In this document: positions 38,238 through 46,831 of the stretch, piece by piece | Numbering within the stretch: position 1 is the stretch's first letter | Layout of the letters: each line of letters begins with the position of its first letter | DNA from: a virus | Lineage: Duplodnaviria; Caudoviricetes | DNA: 61,720 nt | Reading direction: 5' to 3' (one strand) | IMG/VR virus record: IMGVR_UViG_3300035438_000178 | Location: 1 to 61,720 of that record | The notes under the pieces: generated by a model | What the model was told of the DNA's origin: nothing | What the model saw: only the letters and a program-made list of their open reading frames with translations | Databases searched by the model: none | Position numbers and translations under genes: made by a program

Positions 38238-38798
38238 ATGCGTTTGAATTTATATATGTATGACAAAGGCTGTTTACAATTCAAGAGATTGACAGTTAAG
38301 CAGTTATCGGTTTCAATTGCAGTATTACTTTCAACTACAGCGTGTGTTACGTTTGGGTTGATAGATAAGAATACACACATCTACGAGGGTGCGTTAAACG
38401 TCTACCTACATAAGCCCGCGTTCACTGAGGACAAATTGGTACAGCAGATGGGTGGTATGAATCTCAGGTTTCCCCACATTGCATTGGCTCAAGCAAAACT
38501 TGAAAGCTCAAGGTATAAGTCACTGATTTTCAAGGAGAACAATAATCTATTTGGAATGAAAGAGGCTAAGCAGAGGATTACCTTAGCGAAGGGTACACGT
38601 AGGAATCACGCCTACTACGACACGTGGGAAGACAGCGTACTTGACTACGCCTTTTGGTGTGCTACCTACGCGAACAAATGCAAGACGGAGCAACAGTTCT
38701 ACACGCTCCTATCTACCTACGCGAAAGACCCTATGTACGAATCAAAGCTCCGCAAAATCGTGGAGAAGGAAGGATTAAAAGAAAAGTTTAACAATTAA
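38238..38798 (+). CDS. GH73 glucosaminidase-domain protein with N-terminal TM segment
   Basis: IALAQAKLES, ENNNLFGMK, YDTWEDSVLDY, YAKDPMY..KL; start taken at ATG 38238. Confidence 0.8.
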   Translation: MRLNLYMYDKGCLQFKRLTVKQLSVSIAVLLSTTACVTFGLIDKNTHIYEGALNVYLHKPAFTEDKLVQQMGGMNLRFPHIALAQAKLESSRYKSLIFKENNNLFGMKEAKQRITLAKGTRRNHAYYDTWEDSVLDYAFWCATYANKCKTEQQFYTLLSTYAKDPMYESKLRKIVEKEGLKEKFNN

Positions 38799-38808
38799 AA
38801 AGGAAGAG

Positions 38809-39036
38809 ATGGGACGTTCGTTATCCTCACTTGAGGGCTTTATGATAGTAAATGGTAAAGAAGGAGAGCAGTTCTACACACGAAAAGATTCGCGTTTCGT
38901 AACTACGCTGTGCAACTACTACAAGCGTAGGGTGAACACGGCTAAGTGCGTAGTCACGTATGAAGATGGGACTAATATCCGGAGTGAGTATGTTGTTTTA
39001 GTAACGCTTGGTAAGTTTAAGAAAGACGAGAAATGA
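38809..39036 (+). CDS. Hypothetical protein
   Basis: 75 aa; ATGA coupling to the next gene. Confidence 0.55.
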   Translation: MGRSLSSLEGFMIVNGKEGEQFYTRKDSRFVTTLCNYYKRRVNTAKCVVTYEDGTNIRSEYVVLVTLGKFKKDEK

Positions 39037-39263
39037 AACCGGAGACAGCAAATCGAACAGCAGTAGAGTGGCTTGAGTATGAGTTTGTAAAGCTTGAAAG
39101 CACGGTAGGTGTGCATAGCAGTATGTACCATCTAATTGAGGAAGCCAAAACAAAGGAGAAACTACAAATCAGTGAAGCGTACTACAATGCGTTTATCAAT
39201 GCCACCAAAGGGATTGAACTTGACTTTGAGGACTACTACAACGAAACCTTTAACACCAAATGA
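39033..39263 (+). CDS. Conserved Bacteroidota-phage hypothetical protein
   Basis: TAVEWL..AK.KEK.QI.EAY..EDYYNETF pattern. Confidence 0.6.
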   Translation: MKPETANRTAVEWLEYEFVKLESTVGVHSSMYHLIEEAKTKEKLQISEAYYNAFINATKGIELDFEDYYNETFNTK

Positions 39264-39877
39264 ATAAGGTTGAATTAGTGGGCTACTATGGCTCCGACGC
39301 TACACACGCACAATCGGCGTGGACATCTACGAGCAGGAAACTGACCAAAGACAAGGAAGAAAGGATGCCTGACCTACTGAATATGCTAGCCTCAGAAGGT
39401 CATCACACACCGTTTGAAAAGTCAACGCTTCACTTTCTCGTAGACGTAGACCAAGCTACGCACATACACCTACTCAAGCATCGTATAGGCGTGAGTATCA
39501 ACGGGGAATCGGCGCGTTACAAGGAGCTGAAAGAGGACAAGTATTACTTGCCTGAGGATTGGAATAAGTATTGGGAAACAGAACTTGAGATTTTCACACG
39601 GCTTTCCAATACACTTTACCACAGATGCCTTGAGCAACTTACTCCTGTTCTTGGACGCAAGAGAGCTAAGGAATCCGCACGTTTCTTTAAGACGATGAAT
39701 TCTCAAATCACAATGGACATCTCGTTCAATTGGCGTTCATTTGCACACTTCCTACACCTACGTAACAGCGAACACGCTCAAGTAGAGGTGCGAGAGGTTG
39801 CTAAGCAGATGCTTGAATTGGTGAAGAACATTGAAGGAAATCCGTTTAAGTACACAATCAAAGCGTTTAACCTATGA
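39260..39877 (+). CDS. thyX: FAD-dependent thymidylate synthase
   Basis: GHHTPFE, HLLKHRIGVSINGESARY, ESARF, NWRSFAHFLHLR..HAQ.EVRE. Confidence 0.92.
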   Translation: MNKVELVGYYGSDATHAQSAWTSTSRKLTKDKEERMPDLLNMLASEGHHTPFEKSTLHFLVDVDQATHIHLLKHRIGVSINGESARYKELKEDKYYLPEDWNKYWETELEIFTRLSNTLYHRCLEQLTPVLGRKRAKESARFFKTMNSQITMDISFNWRSFAHFLHLRNSEHAQVEVREVAKQMLELVKNIEGNPFKYTIKAFNL

Positions 39878-40005
39878 GAGAGCAGTTTATTCGTATCGCT
39901 ATGGCTAGGCTCAAGAAAGATTATCCTTTCTATCCGCAGAGGATTGCTGTTGCCGCAAAGATGTGGTCAAGGTTTAAGTCACGTAGGTGTGAGGAGGCCG
40001 ATTAA
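39874..40005 (+). CDS. Small basic protein (not in ORF track)
   Basis: MREQFIRIAMARLKKDYPFYPQRIAVAAKMWSRFKSRRCEEAD*; ATGA overlap with thyX stop. Confidence 0.55.
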   Translation: MREQFIRIAMARLKKDYPFYPQRIAVAAKMWSRFKSRRCEEAD

Positions 40006-40267
40006 CTTCTTAGTTGTCGAGGTTGAATACATAAAGAAGAAGATACTTTATGTGAAGAAGATGGAAATCATAAGCACTTATGGTAATCTGTCTGAGATTG
40101 AACGATTCGACAGAAAGGTATACACCGGATTCGCAGGATTGAATAAAGAGATATTCAACAACGGAATCATAGGACACATCAGGATAAGAAGAATACTATC
40201 TAAAAAAATCATTGGATACACCAACTATGACACAGGAGAAAGTAAGACCAAGCCATTACGTTCGTAG
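39989..40267 (+). CDS. Hypothetical protein
   Basis: In-frame GTG at 39989 within ORF 39944..40267. Confidence 0.45.
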   Translation: MRRPINFLVVEVEYIKKKILYVKKMEIISTYGNLSEIERFDRKVYTGFAGLNKEIFNNGIIGHIRIRRILSKKIIGYTNYDTGESKTKPLRS

Positions 40268-40457
40268 TGGTAAGGATGTATGGGAGATGATGATTGACGT
40301 CTACGGAAAGGAGGCATTCATCAACTTCTGTGAAATCAACGCATTCAAGTACCGGATGCGAGCAGGTCTGAAAGAGACAGAGAGTGTTCTAGAAGACATT
40401 GAAAAAGCAAAATGGTACGAAAACAAAGCAAATGAACTAAGACACGATGGAGAATAA
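40227..40457 (+). CDS. DUF3310 (SaV-like) protein
   Basis: VRPSHY, FCEINAFKYRMRAGLK, EDIEKAKWY. Confidence 0.8.
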   Translation: MTQEKVRPSHYVRSGKDVWEMMIDVYGKEAFINFCEINAFKYRMRAGLKETESVLEDIEKAKWYENKANELRHDGE

Positions 40458-40761
40458 TCAATCTCGAATAGCAACCAAATTAGTAATCCTACATCAGTGT
40501 CAATTGGAATTGCTTGATGACCTACAGGGGACTACGCTATATAGGCAAGACATAAAATTCTTAACCAATCAACTAATCAAAAAACTAGAAGAGCACCTTG
40601 ACAAATACTTAAAGACCTTAGATGACGACGAGAAAGAGTTCTCGTTCTTATCAATCCAAAGAGGGATGCAAAAGCTGTTAGACCTTTCATTGGAAGAACT
40701 TCACGAGTTAGACCCAACAATAAAAACTGAATTAAATGGAACGAAAAAAGAAACTGACTAA
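40447..40761 (+). CDS. Hypothetical helical protein
   Basis: 104 aa within the operon. Confidence 0.55.
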   Translation: MENNQSRIATKLVILHQCQLELLDDLQGTTLYRQDIKFLTNQLIKKLEEHLDKYLKTLDDDEKEFSFLSIQRGMQKLLDLSLEELHELDPTIKTELNGTKKETD

Positions 40762-40954
40762 GGTAACATTCTTTGCCTGTGACAAGTCCCTACGCACACT
40801 TCTGAATGAGACCGTAAGCGTAGAATATGTGAGTGACCTAATCAGCACCTGTAATAAATACTCAGAAATGATTGAGCCTCAGGATATTACATTAACAATC
40901 GAAGATGACCGATTGACAGTGATATTCTTACCAAAACTTTCTTTTGCAGATTGA
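40736..40954 (+). CDS. Hypothetical protein
   Basis: 72 aa within the operon. Confidence 0.5.
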   Translation: MERKKKLTKVTFFACDKSLRTLLNETVSVEYVSDLISTCNKYSEMIEPQDITLTIEDDRLTVIFLPKLSFAD

Positions 40955-41007
40955 TTGTTATCCACAAGTTTTTAACTACATTTGTCAACAAATAAATTCA
41001 ATTCAAT

Positions 41008-41700
41008 ATGGCAAGAACACCAAGACAGACCGCTACAGCGGAGTCACCTACGCAAGTAGAGCCACACGTAGACACATACGAATGGACCTCGGCAGAGAAA
41101 CTTTTACGAGTTCAAGCAGAGTTAAAAGCACCAAAGGGTCAATACAATAGTTTCGGTAAGTATGCATACCGGAATCAAGAAGACATCCTTGAGGCTGTAA
41201 AGCCTTTGCTGATGAAATACAACCTACCTGTGCGCGTATCTGACAGCATCTACGAGGGTAATGGGTGGATGGCTATCTGTGCGACTGTGATTGTAGGTAC
41301 AGGCACTGATTGCGTAGAGGTGAAGGCTTATGCAGGTGTTGATTTCAATCGCAAGGGTATGGACATTGCACAAGCCTTTGGCGCATCATCGTCCTACGCT
41401 CGTAAGTACGCACTGAATGGTATGTTCCTTATCGATGATACCAAAGATGCTGATGCAACTAATATGCACGGGAAAGGCCAAGCGCTTCCTCCAAGCCCAG
41501 TAAAGCAAGTAACGCCTACTACTCCAGCGCCTACACCTACTCCAGCGCCTGTAAGCGCAGAGGACAAGTACGCTCAGGTATGGAATTACTTGAAGGCAGC
41601 AAAGCCCGAAGACCGTGAATCATTGACCAAGAAGGCAATCGAGAAGTATGGTTCTATTTTCACACAAGAGCAAATCACAGAGTTATGGAACTTGCAATAA
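41008..41700 (+). CDS. ERF-family single-strand annealing protein
   Basis: VQAELKAPKGQYNSFGKYAYRNQEDILEAVKPLL, GASSSYARKYALNGMFLIDD.KDAD; TACATTTG box upstream. Confidence 0.9.
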   Translation: MARTPRQTATAESPTQVEPHVDTYEWTSAEKLLRVQAELKAPKGQYNSFGKYAYRNQEDILEAVKPLLMKYNLPVRVSDSIYEGNGWMAICATVIVGTGTDCVEVKAYAGVDFNRKGMDIAQAFGASSSYARKYALNGMFLIDDTKDADATNMHGKGQALPPSPVKQVTPTTPAPTPTPAPVSAEDKYAQVWNYLKAAKPEDRESLTKKAIEKYGSIFTQEQITELWNLQ

Positions 41701-42446
41701 AACTACAAGAACTTACAGGTAAAGATGCTCTTTCATACAGCAGTATGAAGGAAGCATACAAAGACCTGAAGCGGTTTGACCTGTATGTGCGTGGACTTCT
41801 ACGCAAGGAAACAGACAGCCTGTCTTTTGGTACGCTGTATGACGATGTACTCCTTACTCCGGATTGCATTGGCGACAAGTATGCTGTCTTTGATGACACC
41901 GAAATATGCGAGAAGATTGGTGGTAAACAACCACGCTTGACTACAGCATACAAGGATGCTAAAAAGCATTTTATGTATGAGGCAGGACATCGCACAATCG
42001 TAAGCATAGATGATATGAATGCGGCTAATGCTATGGCTAAGCGCATCAAAGATTCCGGAGTATATGACACATATCTATCGGGAGAGCATCAAAAGAAAGT
42101 CATAGGTTTCATCAATGAGTTTCCTGTTAAAGGGTTCTTAGACAACTTAGGCGATGGATTTATTTCCGACCTTAAAACATCTAGCAATCCCGATGCTTTC
42201 AAGCGTGATGTAATGGTGTATGACTATGACCTACAGGTCTACATCTACACGGAACTGACTGGCATCAAGGACTTTTATTGGATTGTTCAGGGAACTAATT
42301 CACCTTACAGCATTCGGGTTATCAAGGCATCTGAATACACGATTGCTAGCGGCAAGATGAAGTTTGATATGGCCTACGCTAACATACTTAGCTATGTGAA
42401 CGGAGAGATGACGCCCGATGCTTACTACGAGTTCTCTGAGGTATGA
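41685..42446 (+). CDS. PD-(D/E)XK exonuclease (RecE/ExoVIII-like)
   Basis: LSYSSMK, FGT, KGFLD..ISDLKT, YDLQVYIY; partner of ERF. Confidence 0.8.
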   Translation: MELAIKLQELTGKDALSYSSMKEAYKDLKRFDLYVRGLLRKETDSLSFGTLYDDVLLTPDCIGDKYAVFDDTEICEKIGGKQPRLTTAYKDAKKHFMYEAGHRTIVSIDDMNAANAMAKRIKDSGVYDTYLSGEHQKKVIGFINEFPVKGFLDNLGDGFISDLKTSSNPDAFKRDVMVYDYDLQVYIYTELTGIKDFYWIVQGTNSPYSIRVIKASEYTIASGKMKFDMAYANILSYVNGEMTPDAYYEFSEV

Positions 42447-42988
42447 AAGACGTACACGTAACATTCGACATTGAGACACTAGGGACAGATTTTAATTCAC
42501 CTATTGTTCAACTTGCGGCAGTTAAATTCAAGGACTATAAAATCATTGACGAGTTCAATGAGTATATTGAAATTGATAGTTTAACTAAACGTGACTACGT
42601 TCCTGATATTAAAACAGTTATGTGGTGGATGAGTCAGGAACATCACGTAATGAAATCTGTCTTTTTTTCTGAGCCAAGAGTCAAGATTGGTACAGTTCTT
42701 AACCAATTCTACTATTGGATGAGCCGTGAGTATATCGAGAATGTTTGGTGTCATTCCACATTCGATTATGGAATCCTAAAGACCACCTATGCTAAAGAAT
42801 ATATGAAGTGCCCAATCAGTCACCAAAATATTCGAGACATAAGGACTTTAGAGTCATTGACCGATGGCGGAAGAAAGAGGGCTATTTTAAAACAGAAGCA
42901 TCATACAGTCCACGATGCACTAACCGATTGTAAAATTCAGGCAGAATACATTGCCTACGCATTATCTTTAATCTCTAACAAAAACTAA
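42443..42988 (+). CDS. DEDDh 3'-5' exonuclease
   Basis: FDIETLG, FDYGIL, RDIRTL, HDALTDC. Confidence 0.85.
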   Translation: MKDVHVTFDIETLGTDFNSPIVQLAAVKFKDYKIIDEFNEYIEIDSLTKRDYVPDIKTVMWWMSQEHHVMKSVFFSEPRVKIGTVLNQFYYWMSREYIENVWCHSTFDYGILKTTYAKEYMKCPISHQNIRDIRTLESLTDGGRKRAILKQKHHTVHDALTDCKIQAEYIAYALSLISNKN

Positions 42989-42989
42989 A

Positions 42990-43382
42990 ATGGAAAACAC
43001 AAAAATCTTCGCCGGATACGTTAAGTCCGTAAAAGTGTGGAATGATGCAGCTCGTTCATTCGTAGACCCTGATGCAGGTGTAGCTGTTCGTTTCTCTTTG
43101 TCTATTGCAGAAATGAATGACCTTCAGCGCTACGCAACAGCAGGTGAAAAGCCTTTCGTTTCATTTGACTTGAAGCTTTCTTCTAAGGGCAAATACTACA
43201 TCGAAGTATCTGACCCATCAACTTGGTCTAAGCAAGCACCACGAACTGTTACTCCGGCAACTCCTGAGCAAGCATTCGGAGGTCCTGCTGCTACGCAGTA
43301 CCAACCTACATTTCAGCCTGTAGCTCAGGCTCCTGTAGGACACGCACCTGCAATTACGCCTACGGATGACCTACCCTTCTGA
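42990..43382 (+). CDS. Single-stranded DNA-binding protein
   Basis: 130 aa; Pro/Gln linker and acidic DDLPF C-terminus. Confidence 0.65.
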   Translation: MENTKIFAGYVKSVKVWNDAARSFVDPDAGVAVRFSLSIAEMNDLQRYATAGEKPFVSFDLKLSSKGKYYIEVSDPSTWSKQAPRTVTPATPEQAFGGPAATQYQPTFQPVAQAPVGHAPAITPTDDLPF

Positions 43383-43464
43383 TTTAGTTAAGTCATCATT
43401 AGGTTTCCTTTGTGGTTTGGAATGGGGGTTGGAGGTTGTCAAGATGACGCCTCCTACCTTCCAA

Positions 43465-43734
43465 GCCTACACACCTATGAAGGATATGGCTATGTTTGAA
43501 ATCATAGAAGCGAATGTCGTCGAGAGAGGTGTACTTTCTTTAGAAAAGATACCGCCTCACAAGTTCTCTGTCATCTACATTCCGTGGAAGAAAGGCGACA
43601 ACGTACTATTGGTTGAAACAAAGAATCTCAAGAGTTTAACAATTACCGGAGAAGACCTAGCAAAAATCATCATTCGACGCGCAGAGATAGACGTTGAAGC
43701 TGTATTGGATGCTGGACTAAAAAAACATAAATGA
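43465..43734 (+). CDS. Hypothetical protein (start uncertain)
   Basis: ORF 43366..43734; its 5' part overlaps a GGAGG..CCTCC hairpin, so a later ATG is more likely. Confidence 0.4.
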   Translation, partial: AYTPMKDMAMFEIIEANVVERGVLSLEKIPPHKFSVIYIPWKKGDNVLLVETKNLKSLTITGEDLAKIIIRRAEIDVEAVLDAGLKKHK

Positions 43735-44219
43735 CATACGAGTACAGACCCGCCAAGATAGGTGAATTTGTCAAGGCTGTCTCGGACTTTTACAAAGTAG
43801 ATTTGTTTGCAAAGTCGCGTACTCAGATGTTAGTAGACATTCGGCACGCGTGCTACTTTGTATTGCGCCGGAGACCTATTACATTTCAGATGATTGGCAA
43901 TGCCTTCGGGAAGAATCACGCCACTGTGATTCACGGAGTACAAACAGCATCAAGCCTTCTTGATATAGGTGATTTCAAGATGACACTACACATTAGAAGT
44001 GTTGAAGCTATAGCCGTCACATTCTTTAATGAGAATGGGATAGATATGATTGACCCATTGATTCGTGAAGATGCATTTAGAATTCGCTTATACAATTTTC
44101 TAGAAGAAAACAAAGAACTACTTCCCGACTTGACAGATAAGTATCGAATTACGGCCTACAAACGATTAACACTTGAAGTGTATGAAAAAGCCTTTTACAA
44201 AGATAAAGAGGACTCCTAA
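43731..44219 (+). CDS. DnaA domain IV-like HTH protein
   Basis: KSR....VDIRH..Y......TFQMIGNAFGKNHATVIHGV. Confidence 0.8.
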   Translation: MTYEYRPAKIGEFVKAVSDFYKVDLFAKSRTQMLVDIRHACYFVLRRRPITFQMIGNAFGKNHATVIHGVQTASSLLDIGDFKMTLHIRSVEAIAVTFFNENGIDMIDPLIREDAFRIRLYNFLEENKELLPDLTDKYRITAYKRLTLEVYEKAFYKDKEDS

Positions 44220-44370
44220 GGAGCACGCAGACATACTTTTCGGTATGCACGGAATTGAAGATGCATTAATCAACGCCAAACAAGTGTACTTTATCGCTAC
44301 AGGTGATGCTAGTGATTATTGGAAAGAGGTAATTCAAATACTAGAATCATACAATGTCAGCCGTACTTGA
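44182..44370 (+). CDS. Small conserved phage protein
   Basis: TPKEHA..L...YWKEV pattern. Confidence 0.5.
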   Translation: MKKPFTKIKRTPKEHADILFGMHGIEDALINAKQVYFIATGDASDYWKEVIQILESYNVSRT

Positions 44371-46204
44371 AAGTAAAATAACCATTTTCAAGTCAGTATT
44401 CGAGAAAGATTCACCTGCATACATAACTGTAAATCAGGCACTTAACAGAATACGAGACGGAAGACAACAGGCAACTATTGATTTAATCCGTCAAGGCAAT
44501 AAAGAGGCTAAGACGCGACTACCTGTAGTCCTATGGTCAGGAGTGTTCCGCAAGCGCGAGGACAATCAACTCATTGACCACAGCAGATTAATCGTAATTG
44601 ACATTGACCACGTATCTGAGTTCTCGACTGTAGATGAGGTTAAAGACCTGTTGTGCGTAGATGACTACGTAATGGCTACTTGGGTATCTCCTTCCGGAGA
44701 TGGAGTCAAGGCGCTAGTACAAGTCACTAATCCTGAACGGCATCGTGACCACTTCAAGGCACTTGAAATCTATTTTGATAAACGATATGGTATTACCATA
44801 GACGCATCAGGAAAGAATGAGAGCCGTGCTTGCTTTGAGTCCTACGACCCAAACATCTGCATTAAGACAGCTAAGCCCTTTGGGAATATGGTGTCTACAG
44901 AAGAGGTTAGACAGCAACAGGAAGCACCAAAGAAGACAGCTCCTATAAAGGCAACTGATTATCAGAAGCTAAACGTAGCGGCATTGATGGTTCGTCGGGC
45001 ACAACCCGGAGAGAAACACGCTGTCCTTCTACGTGCGGCTATCTTGTGCGGAGGATTCGTATCTGCGGGTAGAGTAGAGGAAGACGAGGCATATCGCGTA
45101 CTCCTACGTGAGATTCAGCGTCACGACATTGAAAGCATTGACTCAGCCAAGAAGACAATCTGTGACGGAATCGAGGAAGGGAAGAGAAAGCCTATCCACG
45201 AAATCGTAGAGCAAGAGGAGAAAGAGAAGCGTAGATTTCAAATTGAGGACGGAGATATGTCATTCATTTCATCTGATGATTCAGATGAGGATTGGATTAA
45301 CGCTTTTGCTGAGGGCCGTATCGAAATGGGGCTGACCACAGGTCACCAAAATATAGATACACACTTTGTCTACAAGAAAGAGTTCATCATCGTAAATGGA
45401 CACAGCAACGTAGGTAAAACTACACTCGCACTCCATATGATGCTCAATGCATCTATACGACACGGATGGAAATGGATTATCTATTCAGCAGAGAACAAGA
45501 CAGCATCTATCAAGATGAAGCTGATGCAGTTCGCTTGCGATATGGATATTAAGTCAATGTCTTACCTGACTCGTAAACAAGCCTATCAATGGGTAAAAGA
45601 CCACTTTATCATCATTAAAAACGATAAAGTATACTCCTATATGGACATCTTGCTATACATTGAGAAGGCAATGACCTACAAAAAGGTTGACGGTGTATTC
45701 ATTGACCCATACAACTCCTTACGCGTAGACATAAGCAAGAATTCAGGCGTAGGTGTGCACGAATTCCACTACGATGCTGCATCTGAGTTCCTTACCTTTT
45801 CCAATTCTAAGAACGTAGCACTATGGCTTAATATGCACGCTGTCACTGAAAGCGCTCGTAGAAAGGGAGAAGACCAACTTCCGGTAGCTCCGATGGCTGA
45901 AGACAGTGAACACGGGGGCAAATGGGTGAATAGAGCTGATGGATTCCTTACCTTTCATAGAAAGATTCAACATCCTATCCCACAGGTGCGTAGAACAATG
46001 GAGGTACACGTTAGAAAATGCCGTGAAACAGAGACAGGAGGAGAGCCTACATCATTAGATAAGCCTATACTTTTGGAGATGAACAACTCTAGAACTAGCT
46101 TCAGGCTGTCTAATGGACAGAATCTGTTCCCACCTTTAGGTTCAATAACAGAAAATTTACAAGGAAGTTTACCAATTATTGGTGATATTGATATAGCCTT
46201 TTGA
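44354..46204 (+). CDS. Primase-helicase (VirE-N/BT4734-like primase fused to DnaB-like helicase)
   Basis: KTRLP, LIVIDIDH, WVSPSGDGVK, SRACFESYDP; Walker A GHSNVGKT, FIDPYNSL. Confidence 0.85.
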   Translation: MSAVLESKITIFKSVFEKDSPAYITVNQALNRIRDGRQQATIDLIRQGNKEAKTRLPVVLWSGVFRKREDNQLIDHSRLIVIDIDHVSEFSTVDEVKDLLCVDDYVMATWVSPSGDGVKALVQVTNPERHRDHFKALEIYFDKRYGITIDASGKNESRACFESYDPNICIKTAKPFGNMVSTEEVRQQQEAPKKTAPIKATDYQKLNVAALMVRRAQPGEKHAVLLRAAILCGGFVSAGRVEEDEAYRVLLREIQRHDIESIDSAKKTICDGIEEGKRKPIHEIVEQEEKEKRRFQIEDGDMSFISSDDSDEDWINAFAEGRIEMGLTTGHQNIDTHFVYKKEFIIVNGHSNVGKTTLALHMMLNASIRHGWKWIIYSAENKTASIKMKLMQFACDMDIKSMSYLTRKQAYQWVKDHFIIIKNDKVYSYMDILLYIEKAMTYKKVDGVFIDPYNSLRVDISKNSGVGVHEFHYDAASEFLTFSNSKNVALWLNMHAVTESARRKGEDQLPVAPMAEDSEHGGKWVNRADGFLTFHRKIQHPIPQVRRTMEVHVRKCRETETGGEPTSLDKPILLEMNNSRTSFRLSNGQNLFPPLGSITENLQGSLPIIGDIDIAF

Positions 46205-46215
46205 TAACTTTGTAT

Positions 46216-46755
46216 ATGTCAAGGAATTATGATGTCAATATCGACCTACCAAAACCACCTAGCCTTAATAAGTTATATGCTGGTTCGCATTGGCAAAACC
46301 GCTATAACGATAAGTCAGAGTATTGGATTGGCATCGCAATTGAATTGGCAAAGTATCCTTTGTTTCGGGCTGAATCTATTAGTGTACATCTTCGCTACAA
46401 CTATAGGTTTGACGTTGACAATACTATCGTTGCTATTAAGTTTCTTGTTGACTTTCTTAGAAACCACGGCTACATTGATAACGACACTCCGAAATACTTT
46501 ACTGCGCTTAGCACAGTTTATGATAGTAACTTAGAGAAAGGAAGATTTACTGCAACAATTTCCTGCATAGGATACAAAGAAGTTCACAATGACCCCAACA
46601 GAACTATCCAATTGCTACTTGATAGCAGTAAAAAGGCTTCAAGAGTCGCTAATAAATCTGTACGAGGAACTACACGACGAACAGGGAAGTCCATTACCGT
46701 CGCTGGGAAAAGCAGAAATTCTGTTCGGGGAGTTTCGAAAAGACGCAAAAATTGA
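46216..46755 (+). CDS. RusA-like Holliday junction resolvase
   Basis: PPSLNKLY, DVDN...KFLVD.L...GYI.NDT; ATG 46216 follows a TAACTTTG box. Confidence 0.75.
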   Translation: MSRNYDVNIDLPKPPSLNKLYAGSHWQNRYNDKSEYWIGIAIELAKYPLFRAESISVHLRYNYRFDVDNTIVAIKFLVDFLRNHGYIDNDTPKYFTALSTVYDSNLEKGRFTATISCIGYKEVHNDPNRTIQLLLDSSKKASRVANKSVRGTTRRTGKSITVAGKSRNSVRGVSKRRKN

Positions 46756-46831
46756 GTTTGATTTAATACGAGAATCTATAATTGAATTTAACGAAACGGA
46801 TGGTAACAGTAGTACACATAGACGGCCTTAA
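46589..46831 (+). CDS. Hypothetical helical protein
   Basis: 80 aa; overlaps the 3' end of the RusA-like gene. Confidence 0.5.
   Translation: MTPTELSNCYLIAVKRLQESLINLYEELHDEQGSPLPSLGKAEILFGEFRKDAKIEFDLIRESIIEFNETDGNSSTHRRP

Noticed and set aside
41685-42446. Cas4 call
   Set aside because: Lacks the four Fe-S cysteines; position next to ERF fits a recombination exonuclease
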